Source of the DNA: Salpingoeca rosetta
Lineage: Eukaryota > Protista > Choanoflagellata
Direction of reading: 5' to 3'
Assembly (NCBI GenBank): GCA_033442325.1
Contig: JAWQFM010000001.1
Location: 1,959,479-2,023,478, forward strand
Length of the DNA: 64,000 nucleotides
Shown one piece after another: positions 1-12,907 of this stretch. The notes under the pieces were generated by a model. That model was not told where the DNA came from. It saw only the letters and a program-made list of their open reading frames with translations, and ran no database searches. Position 1 is the first letter of the stretch, and each line of letters starts with the position of its first letter. The translations under genes were made by a program, and so were the position numbers.

Positions 1-100
1 CACACACAACATAACAACCGAACACTACAACACACGCACACATGTCATGCCATATGTTCTCATGCTCTGTGATGTGTGCACACTCCATCGTCGTGTGCAG

Positions 101-243
101 TTGTGCGTGATTTGCAGAATCTTCTCAAGCTGCACTTTGAGCAGCTGTTGGTGCACCATCGGACCGAGTGCCGACAACTGCGCCCGCGCATGACGACGCT
201 CGAGGACCTCATTCCAACAGAGGGCTCTGCCACCAACGAATAA
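101..243 (+). CDS. Probable last coding exon of an unidentified gene entering from the left edge
   Basis: Acceptor gtgcag ends at 100 (an alternative, tttgcag, ends at 117). The open frame VRDLQNLLKLHFEQLLVHHRTECRQLRPRMTTLEDLIPTEGSATNE ends in TAA at 241-243 and is followed by a GT-repeat 3' region. No family recognised. Confidence 0.45.
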
Positions 244-258
244 GCTAGTCATTGTTTG

Positions 259-319
<61 letters not shown>

Positions 320-436
320 GCGTCTTGCTTGGCACTGTGTGCAGGGCTTCTGTCTGTTGTACCCAGGCTTGCAGCTGACTTTTTTTCTTGGAAGGAAGAG
401 GCAGCTGGTTTGCCCCTCTCAGATACACGCACACAC

Positions 437-474
<38 letters not shown>

Positions 475-636
475 CTGGCGTTCTTTGTTGTCGTTTCTGT
501 TGTTTATGGAGTACCAGACGCATGGCTCCGCCACATCCCACCTTTGGTTACGATTAAAAGCTACGCACTGACGAACACAATTGCCAAACACCCCTGTCTC
601 AACGCATCCCTAACAAAGGAACATCAAACCCTCCAC

Positions 637-717
<81 letters not shown>

Positions 718-765
718 CATCGCCGCCACCACCCTCCAACACCAACAACACCAACCAATCGTTGC

Positions 766-1221
766 TTAGTGCGCGCTGGACGGTGCGAGCGCTGGCAAAG
801 ATGATGTTTCCGACACGAGCGAGGAATACACCGCGCGCATGCTGTCAGACGCAAGCTCCTGTGCGCGCTCGACAGCCTGTGAACAGAAACAATACGACCA
901 AAACAAAGCAACATTGAATCAGAGCGGACAGCACAACCACAGGCCAATCAAACATCATTGTACAAACACCACCCACGGGCAAGAGCGCGAGTGCACATGA
1001 ATCGCAAACCAAGAAGCATTTTAGTGGGAGGCGACTCTGGTTAATTTGATACATGGTCAAAATGTCAACTGCATTCCACAGTTCACCCACACTCCTCCAC
1101 CATCAATACCACCATCAGGACGCACCGCTTGTAACTGGGAGCTGTCAGGGCACACGGCAAAGGATCCTGGTCGCTGCCCCTGATATGCCGCAAACACATG
1201 GGTCTGCCATGGTCGTTGCCA

Positions 1222-1257
<36 letters not shown>

Positions 1258-4200
1258 AAGCACGTAGGAACATAAACAGACGCACACTTTATCATCCTGC
1301 CACACACACACACAACCAACAGCAACCTGTCACAACATCATGTGGCCACAATCACAAAACACAAACTCACGCAATTGTGCTTACCAAAACTGTCAAATCA
1401 TCACTGCTTGATGCACCAAAGAGGTCGTTCTTCCAGTGATGCCTGAAAGCTGTCAACACAAGAACACAATTGCACACATGTGAGAGTGGGCAAACCATGC
1501 AACCTCAAACAACGTCTGCACTCACTCAACTCACTCACTCACTTCACTGCACTCACTCACTCACTCTCTCTCTCACTCTCTCTCTCACTTCACTTCACTT
1601 CACTCCACTCACTCTCATACGCAGCATGCTCACCATCAAGAAGCGACAGCGCCTGCTGTGTCTGCTTTGCTTCGAGGTGGCTCTCAAGGGATTGGATGGC
1701 GCGCTGCTTCGACAGGTTTGAGCAGTCCACTCGACGAATAGCGCTCGGCTGGCGCTCAATCGCTTCCTGGATCTCGTTCATCACCACCCCGACTTCCCCG
1801 CTGATGTTGTGCATGAGCGGGTAGCGGCCAATGCCCTCCACCCCGGTCACAAGCTGCACATACACACCCAGCATCATGCCAAGCACCGTGTGCAGCCGAC
1901 ACACCATCACCACCAGCGCCTTTGCCTGTGCGCGTGGCGCTGCGCCATCCGCCTCATCGTCCGTGTCCGCCACAGAGAGCACTGCGCCGGAGGAGCGGGG
2001 TCGCCCGCGCCACCGCGCGTCCGCGTGCGCGCTCTGCCGCAGTGACGCCTTGAGTTTGTGCAGGCACGCCATGGCGTCCTCCCGCTTGAGGGAGAACGTC
2101 TCCCACAGCTCGTGCAGCTGGATCACCAGGGATTTGTGCGGGCTGAGCAGGTGTGCGCTGGCCAGCGCCTCCGTGTCAACGTATACAAACGGCAGCTGCA
2201 CATGCAGCAGGCTCTCCACCGTGTGCATGAGCGGTGTGAGGTCGGTGCGGGGCAGCTGGTCCGTCACAAGCTGCACACACTCCGACACAAGCCGCCGGTG
2301 CTGTGAGATGGCAGCCTCATACAGCTGCTCAAAGACGGCAAACGTGTGCACGAGCACATGCCCCGTGTCATCGCCGACAGCGGCAAACACGTGCCGCTCC
2401 CACTCCACCTCCACCTCATCGTCGGGGATGCGCACAAACGCAGACCCGTGGCTCTGGAACGGCTTGCCCGTGCCGCTGCGCGTCAGGTTGCCGAAGCTGC
2501 CGCTGTCCGAGTAACCCAGGCGATCAAGCGAGCGCGTTGACGAGTTGAGTGACGCCCGCCCCGGGATGGAGCCACGTCGCTCGCGGCTGAAGAACGGCCA
2601 CGCCTCGCCAACATCCTGCTCCGCCAGAAGCGCCCGGCTGCCCTGGTTGCGCAGCGGCCGCGGCGAGGAGCTGGTGCTGCGCAGCGGAATGAGGCCCGTG
2701 CCCTCGGGGTTCTCCATCAAGACGCTCAAGGCGTTGTCGTCCTCGCCAGCACCGCCGGCGGCGTTGCCTGCGCCCACGCCCTTGCGCTGGCGGCCGCTGC
2801 CTGGACGCGAACTCCGCCTGCTGGACGACGCCTGTCGCCCGCTCGGCGTGCGTGGCAGCGCTTTGTGCCGCGCACGCTGCTGGTGCTGGTGCTGGTGCTG
2901 GTGCTGGTGCTGGTGGAAGGGCTGCTGGTGCTGGTGCTGGCGCTGCTCGTACTGGCGAGAGAGCGCGCCAACGGTACGCCCAGCAGCACCAAAATGTGCC
3001 AGCTCGCCCGCGTCCTCGTCTTCGTCGTCAGCCTCCTCCGTCCCGGTCGCATCGCCGCCGTCACGGTCGCGCCCGCGCCGGCCCCCATCCTCGTCCTCGT
3101 CCATCGTGTCTCGCGCCTCCTCCTCCCCAAGCTCCCGATCAAGAAAGTCAAAGTCCGTAAAGTACTCCGCCACCAGCATCTCCTCGGGCGGCACAATGTC
3201 CTCGGCCTCCACCAGCGGCTGCGTGCCGTCGCCACTGCTGGGCGCAGTGGTGGGCAGCCGGTCTGGCGACGGCGGGCCCGTGCTCTGCGCATCGGGCTGC
3301 GATGCAAACACGATGCTCTGCGCAGACGGCAGAATCTCGCGCCCGCACGTGCGCAGCAGTTCGCTCAGGCGTGCGCGCGCCCCCGGCGCCGCCTCGCCAT
3401 CCCGCGTGGCCTGCCACGTGCTGTGCAGCGCAACGGCGCCGAAGGAGCCCACCGGCGGCCACTGCCGCGACGAGGAACCGGCATCGGCCGCCTCCACATC
3501 GGTCGGCAGTGGCGACGGGCACGGCTCGTACAACACGCCGCCGTCACCGTGCTCGCTTTGCGTTGCTGTCAGTGCCGAGGCTGGCAGCCGCTTGGCAGTC
3601 AGGAACGACGCCGCATCGGTCAGCGCAAGCGCCTCCGTCCACATGCCCTGCCGCTGCAGCCGCACAATCACGGAGGTGAGGTCCACAATGAACCGGGGCA
3701 CGTTGCTCAGCTTGTCGGTCTTGAGCGAACGCAGGAGCGCCGCCAGCACCTCCACCAGCTGCGCGTGGTAAGCGGAGGCCCCGCTCTCCAGCAGGCTGAT
3801 GAGGAAACTGAACACCTGCACGTCGTGGTCTGGGAAGAACGCGCTGCTGTAGAACCGCCCAAAGTCGGCCACCCATGCCGCCACGTCCTTCGTGTACTCA
3901 CGCGAGGCGTACAGCTGAAACAGGCGGGACAACCGCGAGTTGAGCGGGCGCGTTGCCTCAGAGAGCCGTTCCGCAGACACCGTGACCCTGTCGTCACGCA
4001 TGGCGTCGTCAAAGTGGGCCACCATCCGCGGCACGAGCGCCACCGCATTGATGCACAGGCTGTCACGCTGGTCCATGATGGGGTCCTGCAGCCGCGGTGT
4101 GAGCTGTGACAACAGCGCCAGCACCTTCTCCACGAGACGCTCGCTCAGCAGACCTTTGAGTGCGAGGTCGTGTACGCCGGGGAAGTTGTGCCAGCTGAGC

Positions 4201-7200
4201 TCCTCAAACACGCGACGCGACAGCGTCTGGCACTGCACCTTTGAGAACGCGTCCACCTCCAGCACCGCCTGCACGATGGACAGCGCCATCTCAAACTCGT
4301 GCAGCAGCGTCGACTCAAACAGACACACGCACGTCCAGAAGATGCGAGGCAGAAGCACCGTGGGCGAGGTGCCACGCGGCAACCGCCCTTCTTGCACCGC
4401 ACGCACAATGTGCTGGAAGGTGAGCAGCACGTCGACGGCGTATCCTTGCGCCTCCAGACCGGGGCTTTCCACCACGTCCGCCAGTCGCATCAGCATCACG
4501 TTCAAGCTCGTCTCGGACACAGACACGCACACGCTGCGAAGCACCTGGAACGCGCGCGACGCGTTGTGCCGGTTGCTGCACGACGTGGCCCAGTGCAGGG
4601 CCTCTGACGCCCACCGCTCCGCAAACGCCTCGCTGTCCTCCTCGTCCCGAAGGCCATCGTACCGCGTCCCAAGCAGCGTGCACACTTCCTCCGCCCAGCC
4701 GCGCACCAGCGTCTCGCTGGCAATGTGCGGGAAGCCCGGCAGGATGTCTTCGTACATCCACAGGGGACCAGGCACCGCCAACAAGCGCAGCACCTGCTCC
4801 TTTGTGTCGCTGTTGCGCACGGTACGAGTCGGAAGCAAGCCAACCGTTGCAGCGGTGTTGTTGGTTTGTGCGGTTGTCGAAACGGCAGGAGTCACAGCGT
4901 CAGCATTGGTACTGGCCGCCATCGTTGTGGCACTGTTGGCGCGACGAGCGCCGTTGTTGTTATTGCTCCTGCTGCTGGTGCTGTCGCCTGTGCTGCTGCT
5001 GCTTCCTCTGGTCGTGTTGTAGTTGCTGTCGCCGGAGTTGCCACTGTTCCCGGCCAAGTTGCTCTTCCCTCGACTGCCACCGCTGGTGCTGTCCGAGGGG
5101 CCCACCAACACATCACGAGAGCCATCAGTGCGCTGGACAGGGGAACTGCCATCACCAGTACCGCCACCGCTGGATCCCAGTCGGCCGCTGCCGCCGCTAC
5201 TGCGCATGGTGAAGCCAGTGGCAGGCGGCAGTGCGTAGAGGCGAATGAGGTGCGCCAACAGCCGCTTTGCATTCTCGTGCGTTGTTGCATCAGGGTGGTC
5301 CATGATGAGGAAGCACAGGTTCACAAGGGCAGGGGCGTGGGCCAGCCAATCGTAGTCTGGGCAGTGCTGCAGCGCCTCCACCAAAAAGAGCAGCGGCACG
5401 TTGTAGCCGTCGTTGAAGGCATCATGGTCCGTAATGGGCAGCAGATCGTCAAGTGGTAGCTGATACACGACAATGCCGCGCACATCAAACTGTGAACCGA
5501 GCGATTCAAGATCATGGCTGCTGTGCCGCCTCGGCTTTCGCATGTGCATGTTGCTCGCCTCACCGTCGCTGCTGCGACCCGCCGTTGTAACGCCCTGTGC
5601 GGATAATTCGCTGGAGGAGCTCTGCGAAATGGCCTGCGCGTCCTTCTCATCGCCTGCCTTGGGTCCTTGCCTGTGTGGCATTTCCCCGTCCTGGGAAGCA
5701 GCCCGAACAAGCGGGGGCGCCTGTGAACGCGAGGGCGTGCTGGCCTCTACCGCTGCTTCGTGAGCTTGAGTTGCTCTCTTCCCGCCCTTGTTGTGCGTGC
5801 CTTCCAGGTCGCCGTCAGACGTGGGCGGAAACCCCTCCACGTCCTCCACAGAGCCTGCACGGTCTGTGGGCGCCAGCTGCTGATCACATGACGCCGTGAC
5901 GCGCCCGTGGTCGCTGCTGGCGTTGCTTGTGCGCCCGCGATTGTCTGCGCTGCCATCGGCTGTCATGGAGTCCCGGCTGCGCTCGCGCGCGTCCGCGGAG
6001 AGGCTGCGTGGCGCCACGGCGCGCGTGCGAGACCGATGGGAGCCTGGTCTGTTTGAACTGGCACGCGGCAGCGATGTGCGGGGCACACCTGTGCTGGAGG
6101 AGGAAATGCCACCACCCATCAGCCGCTCCGGAAACAGCGGCTCCGCTTCACACGCCTGGTGAACCAGCACGCGCACCGTGCGGTCCGGCTGCGTGGTCAT
6201 CAGATGCACGACGATGGCACGTGCGCAGTCCAGAAACAGGGGCACCCGGCGCACCGCTCCCTCGCGCATCAGCATGTCGAGCACAGGCAGGAGCAGCTGG
6301 CTCCCGCGAGCAACGGCCTCCCACGCGCGTGCAAATTCGTCAACCAGCACATCGCCAGGGAAGCGCGCCTGCATGCTGACCAAATTGCGCAGAACAACGC
6401 GCTGGATGATGTCCACTTCGTGCGGCAGCAGCTTGGTCCGGCGCACAAACACGTCCGTGGCCAGCTTGCCCAGCCAGGGGCACATCAGGCGCAGCAGCAC
6501 CGCGCGCGCGCTCGGCACGCAGACATCAAACCACTTCATAAACTCAAACAGAACAGCGGGCCCGAGCTGCGCGTCCTGTTCTGCGAGGAGGGTGGACAGG
6601 CGCGCCTGCATCTCCATGTGCACCTTGGGCGTGTGCGACTGTGCGGCCAACACAACCTCCTCGCCATCAACAGGCACAAAGAAACGCCGGGTGATTGTGC
6701 GAAACAGCTGCTGTGCGCGCCGCCGTGTCGCCTCGTGCGCATCCGCCAACGCGTACAATGACACACACAGCACCTCAACCGGCACCAGCACACGCGTCAG
6801 CACACCAGGAGAGCCATAGCTGTCGCTGCAGCTGCTGTGGAAGCTTCCTCGAGCAGTGCCCTTGTTGCTATTGTTGCTCGTGCTGGTGCCGTTGCCGCTG
6901 CTGCTGCTGCTGCTGCTGCTGGTGTCGTGCAGACAGGCGTTTGCCAGCGCGGTGAAGGCCACACTTCGCGCCAGCGCAGACGTGCTTGAGTAGCAAAGCT
7001 GTAGCACCCACGTGGCAATGCCAAGCGCGCCTTGGGTAGATCCACCAGCAGAGACAGAGGAAGCAGCGCCACGCAACATGTTCTCCAGCGCAGATTGCGC
7101 AATGTACCCATACAGCGGGACGTTGCTTGCAAGCACATTCATCCACAGCTGTTTCAGGTAGCCCGGGCTGTTGATGGACGCGTGCCCATCAAACGCGGGC

Positions 7201-10200
7201 CCGCGGCAAAGCGCCGCCAGCGCCCTGGTGGCCTCAACGTGCAACACCTGGTCGTCACTCACCTCAAGCTCAATGCTCGATTGCTCCGAGACCTGCCGCT
7301 GGCGCTGGTAGGTGCGGGACGCAGCCTGCATCACATCTGCTGACGCCACACCAATCGCTGCTGTTGTTGCTGCCGTTCCTGCTGTTGACGATGCAGGCGT
7401 TGTGGCGGAGGCTGCTCCGCTCTGGGGGGCGGTGAGCCCAAACCCGTACAGCAGCTTGTGTTGAACGAGCATCTCCACCGGCTCAAACGCGCGTGCATCC
7501 CTTCCTCTTCTCTGCGGCGGCTGCTGCGATTGTTGGTGCGGTTGGTGGTGTTTTTGTGATGGTTGCTGTGACTGCTGCTGTTGGCCGTGGGAATGGTCAC
7601 TGTGCCGTTGCTGGTGTTGACTGTGGTGGTGTGACCGATGCGAGAAAAAGTGGATGTGGTGGTGGTACCGGCCCTGTTCATCGACGCCACCGCGCGCCAA
7701 CGTGTGCATGCCACCACCGTCGTCACGGCTGCCGCTGCCGCGCTGACCGTGACCGTGGCCGTGGCCGTTCGCGTGCGATGCGGCGTGGCGCATGCCCGCC
7801 TGATGGCCCTGCAATGTGTGGAAGTGGCGGCGGGCCTGACCAGGCCCGCCCTCGGCATCGTGATCCTGCACCTGAAACAGAAACGGAAACGCGCTCACAG
7901 GCCGTTGCGCCATGGATGAGCGAGACGCACCAACGCCAGCAGCTGCAGCAGCAGCAACAGCACTGACTCCGCGCGTGCTTGTGCTTGTCGCGCTCTCGCC
8001 TGCGCCCACGGCGGCTGGGTCAACCTGCCATGGCGTGAAGCGCACAAAGAGCGAAAACAGGTCCGTGCGCAGCTCGTTTGTGAAGAAGCTCAGGTACAGG
8101 GAGGGATCTTCGCTGAGCGTGTTGATGAACGTGGTGACAAACCCGCAAAAATGGCGGCGAATCACGAGCAGGTACGCCGTGTCCCCCACGCCATCAATTT
8201 CCAGGTAGTTTCGGATGCCCGTGATGATCCCTTTGAGTGCAGGCGGCACGGTGCTGGCCTGGATACCCTGCAAGCAGCACTGGGCAGCGGCAGAGGCAGC
8301 GGCCTCATACACACGCACGAGGTCAAGGCGAAGCGTGTCTCGACGCCGGCGCTTACGCATGCTCTCAGAACGCAGGTCGAGCGCCTCTGTGAAGCACGGC
8401 TTGAGTGCATCCAGCAGCTGCGGGAACACGGGGGCGGCAACCCGCGTCACAGCAGCCACGACAATGTCTCGAACAGCACGCTGCTCGCTGCGCAGTAACG
8501 CGGCTGCGAGCTGGAAGAAGCCGTGCAGCTGCAAGGGCACCTCGTGCTGAAGCAACGCTGACGACGCGCACGACGATGATGTGGAGGATGTCGCAGCCGT
8601 GAGGGACGCCGACAGCTGGTCAAAGGCGCGCAGGAGCTGCGCTGCGTGGCCGGACTCGCTGCCTTCCCGTGCACACGCCGCAGTGCAGAAGAGGAAGTGT
8701 ACGAGTGCGCGGAACGAGAGGAGCGCCTGCTCTGCGACGCGTGGGCCATGCTTAAGCTTGCTTGAGGAGCGATGGCCAGCCACATCCCAGTCCATCACCT
8801 CGGCCCGCAGTAGCAGTCGCAGCGAGAACGTCCAGGCAATGCGCAGCACATCACCAAAGTGCGCGTCGCTGCCGCTGTTGTGCAGGACGACCCCGCACAC
8901 GAGCGCCGTCCACATGTCTGGCGCGTCCATTCCCGTTGGGGAGGAGGACAGAAGCACCCGCAACACGTCATCGCTCATAAGCTCCGGTGCCAAGCGTGGC
9001 GCACCTGCTGCATCCGTGGCCTTGGTGCTCCTGCGGCCATCCCTTCCCTCGCCGCTGCGGGCGCCCCGCTCAGAGGAGTTGCTGCTGGACAGGCCAACAC
9101 TGCCGGCGCTGCGCGTGCGGGACATGCGACCAACAGCAGCAGCGCTAACGGCGGCAGCGAGCGAGGCAGATGCACCACTGAACGAAGCCGACGATGACGA
9201 GGCGGTCACGGCTGCTGCCGCCGCTGCTGTAACTGCTGCTGCCGCGGCGTTGTCGTCGTCGTCACCAGTGCTGGAGGACGTGTGCAGGTCTTCGTGCACC
9301 GCCGCTGTGAACACGTGTGCAGCGTCACGGTCCAAGAGCTGGGATAGCAGCGTTGTCGGCTGTCGCAGCTTGCGATAGGCATGGAGAAACACCAGCTCAG
9401 ATACAAGCGTGTGCACCTCGTTGGCCACGACAAACGCGAGTTTGCGGGTGGTTGTCTGTGCTTGCAGCAGCATTGCCAGGCAAAATCCTTCCAGCGTGTT
9501 GATGAGCTCGTTCATTTCCTGCTCCTGCTGCTGTGACACGTGTGCATGTGCGCGGGACGTCGTCAACGGCACCGCTGCTGCTGTCTTTGCTGGCGATGCC
9601 GAGGACGATGGAACACTTGCCATCGTGGAGGCCGATGCACTGGCAGTGGTGGCACCGTGTTGGGCAGCTGGTGTGTCTGCCTCATCTGCCATCTGCTCGC
9701 CAATACGCCGCAGGCGCCGCTTCGTGACGCGGACATGTGGTGTTGCACGGGGGCTGCCTGGTGGTGTTGCTCCCTGTCGCGCTTGCGCTGGCTGTGCGCT
9801 GCCTGTGTGGCGGCGGGCGGGGCTGGGCGCAGGGTGCTGCAGCTCAGATCGCGCAGCGTTGAAGTCCACAAAGTCGCTCTGCAAATGGAAGGGTTGAGTG
9901 CGGTGGATGCGAGTATGTGAGTGTGTGTGTGTGTGTTGTGGATGCGAGTGTGAGTGTGTGTGTGTGTTTGTGCACGTGTGCATGTGTGCATGCGTGTGCG
10001 TTTGCAGGGAAGGAGAAGAGAGTGTAAATGTGGCTGGATGCATTTGACATTCATCAATCAGCGTGATGCAGAGGTGAACACTTGGTGATGAGGTCACCTG
10101 TGAGGCCATGATGTCGGAGCCAATGAGGTGGGCCACCACCCGATTCGTGACAGCGTCTGCGTCCTCGCACGCGCGCTCCTTCATAGTGCGCGTCCACTGG

Positions 10201-10904
10201 CGCAGAAGATAGATGACGACGCGCAGACACGTGTCGATAGCAGTTGGGTTGCGAATGGGAACCGAGGCAACCACAAACGCGGCAAACTTCTGAAGGACAA
10301 CGGGGCGAAGATGGCTCTGGTTGCGCACAATGCACTGCAGCACCGTGGAAGCCAGCTTGCGCACCTCCGCATCAACATGCACCGTGGCTGCAAATACAAA
10401 CGACAGCCAGTGCATGCACGTGTCGTCGAAGAAGCGGGGCACGGCCACCAAACAGGTGCGGTAGAGATCAAGGCTGGGCTTGTGGCTCGCTGCGCTTCGG
10501 TCAGAGGGCAGTGTCGAAAACATGCTGTGCGTGCCCACCTCGTTGTGAAGGTGCGTGAGCAGCTTGCTCAAGGTGTCGCGCACAGGCTGCAGGTACTGCG
10601 CAAAGCCCATCATCTCGGCCTGCTCCTTGGAGAGCGAGCTGGTGGTGAGGAGCGTGCGCGCGCGGGACTCCGTTGCGGACGGCAGCGACTCGGACTTGAG
10701 CGGCATGGGCGGCACACGCTCTGCATTCTCCAGCTGGTTGGTGATGAGGAGGACGGCGCGTACGGCGATGATGGTGCGCTCCGGAAGCACGCGGCCCGAG
10801 GACGACACGGGACCAAGCAGGTCGTCCAGGATGAACCGCATCGCAATGTCAACCCGCTCCTGCAGTTGACGTGGGCGAGTCGAGGTAATTGTGCGCATGG
10901 TCGT

Positions 10905-10994
<90 letters not shown>

Positions 10995-11540
10995 TTTCGG
11001 GGTCGTGCGTGGTGGTAGGTGACGTACCGCCGCCACTGGCAGGAGGAGCTCCACAAACAGCTGCGACCACGCGTGCTTCAGATCCTTCTTGGTTGCAGCA
11101 ATAAAGTGCTGTGCACATTTCTGTTGTGCGCATTCCCAAATACGTACACAAACGGAGTGAGAAACGGGTCTGCGGCACCATGGTGCTGGTATCGCAGCAC
11201 AAGCACAAGCCTATGCAACTTGGTCGTGTGTATGTGTGTGTTGTGTGTGTTGCGTGTGTGTGCCTGTGTATGTGTGCCTGTGTATGTGTGCCTGAACACG
11301 TTGGGTGCACACAGCGGGTACAAGAGAACGGATGACGTGACCGTGTCAACAGCATGTGTTTGGCAGCAAAGTCAAAACAGGCGCACCCCAAGAAAGAGGA
11401 AGCATGCCTCCAGGTCTGCAACGGGATAGAGCTTGATGCACAGGAAGCGCATGCTGTTGATGACGGTTGCCATGTACATGACATCGTGGCTGTACTCCCG
11501 CAGCACACGCAGAAAGTACTCCGACACAATTGTGAAACTT

Positions 11541-11632
<92 letters not shown>

Positions 11633-12840
11633 TGTATGTGTGTGTGAGTAACGGCGGTGCTCAAGTGAATACACAAAACTACTTACTCGTTTCTCAACCT
11701 CAACCGTGCATGGCAATCTCCCCCTCCTTCCCCTTCATCTCTTCTTCAAAGCAGACTGCATTACCAAGTTTGGGAAATGACACCGACAGCCTCTGCAAAC
11801 TGCGCAGCGACATCGCGTGCGCTCGAAACGTTCTTTCCGCTCCTCACACTGGGAAAGCAAGCAGGTGTGCGTGAATGTGTGGTAAAGTGCGTGAATGTGA
11901 GAGTGGGTGAGACTGAAAAAGAAAAACTGTTCATATGTATGATGGTGTCATTGATCAGAAGGATAATGTGAGTACAATGCCCCTCACACTCACACTCACA
12001 CACACACACGCACATCTAACTGCTTCAACGCACCATTCATCGAGTCCAAAGTGGAGGAAGCAGATGCCAACGATTGTTTTGACGAGTTGATGCGGCAGCA
12101 CTACCGCGCGCTGCACACCACACACATGTGCACAATACACACGCAGGTGGCACGGCACAACATGCATGCATGCAAACATACATGCATACACGAGCACACA
12201 CCATGGAAACAGCAAGATTAGGGCTGCTTCTGCACAGCGACGAGCAGATTCGCTGTAGACGGCATCGTGTCACCAGGCCCCACTCAGCACGTACCACAAC
12301 CCCAAGCACGCACAGAGAAGCAATGCCTTACGCTGTCGAGAACGCCGATCAGTATACGACAGAAGATGAAGTTGATTCCCAGCTGTACAAACAGGTGGTA
12401 CGGCGAGGCGCAAGGGCACGTGGCATGTGCAGGGTGAGCAGAGGGCCCCCTGCAAGCGTGAAGACAATACACATCTGCAACAGATAAACCCGCTTACGCG
12501 CACACATGCTTTCGTACAACACACACGGACGAACACACGCATACACACATACACACACATGCACACATGCACATATACCTCGCGTCGCTCCGAGAGCTCC
12601 TCATCCGCTGCAGACGAATCGTGGCGCCTGTTGGATCGGCGGTTGGGTGGAGGTGTGGGCATGGTGAACAACCATCACACAGCCAACGCACAGAGATAAA
12701 GAGGCAAGGATCAGAATGAACAACCATGCATGCATGCACGCGTGACGTGTACAACCAAGCGACCAACCTTGGCACCGGCGATGGATTGCGTGAATGGCGG
12801 GGAGGATCGTGGACACCCTGTGCAAACCATTACAACAGAG

Positions 12841-12907
<67 letters not shown>

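Noticed and set aside
1831-10869. Long + strand ORFs antisense to FRY (e.g. 2545..3771, 2865..4109, 3940..5022)
   Set aside because: These are expected shadows of GC-rich coding sequence and have no recognisable domains.
1590-11054. The 3154-aa ORF taken as the complete protein
   Set aside because: It reads through two introns and past the donor at 1633. Conserved FRY sequence continues in exons on both sides.
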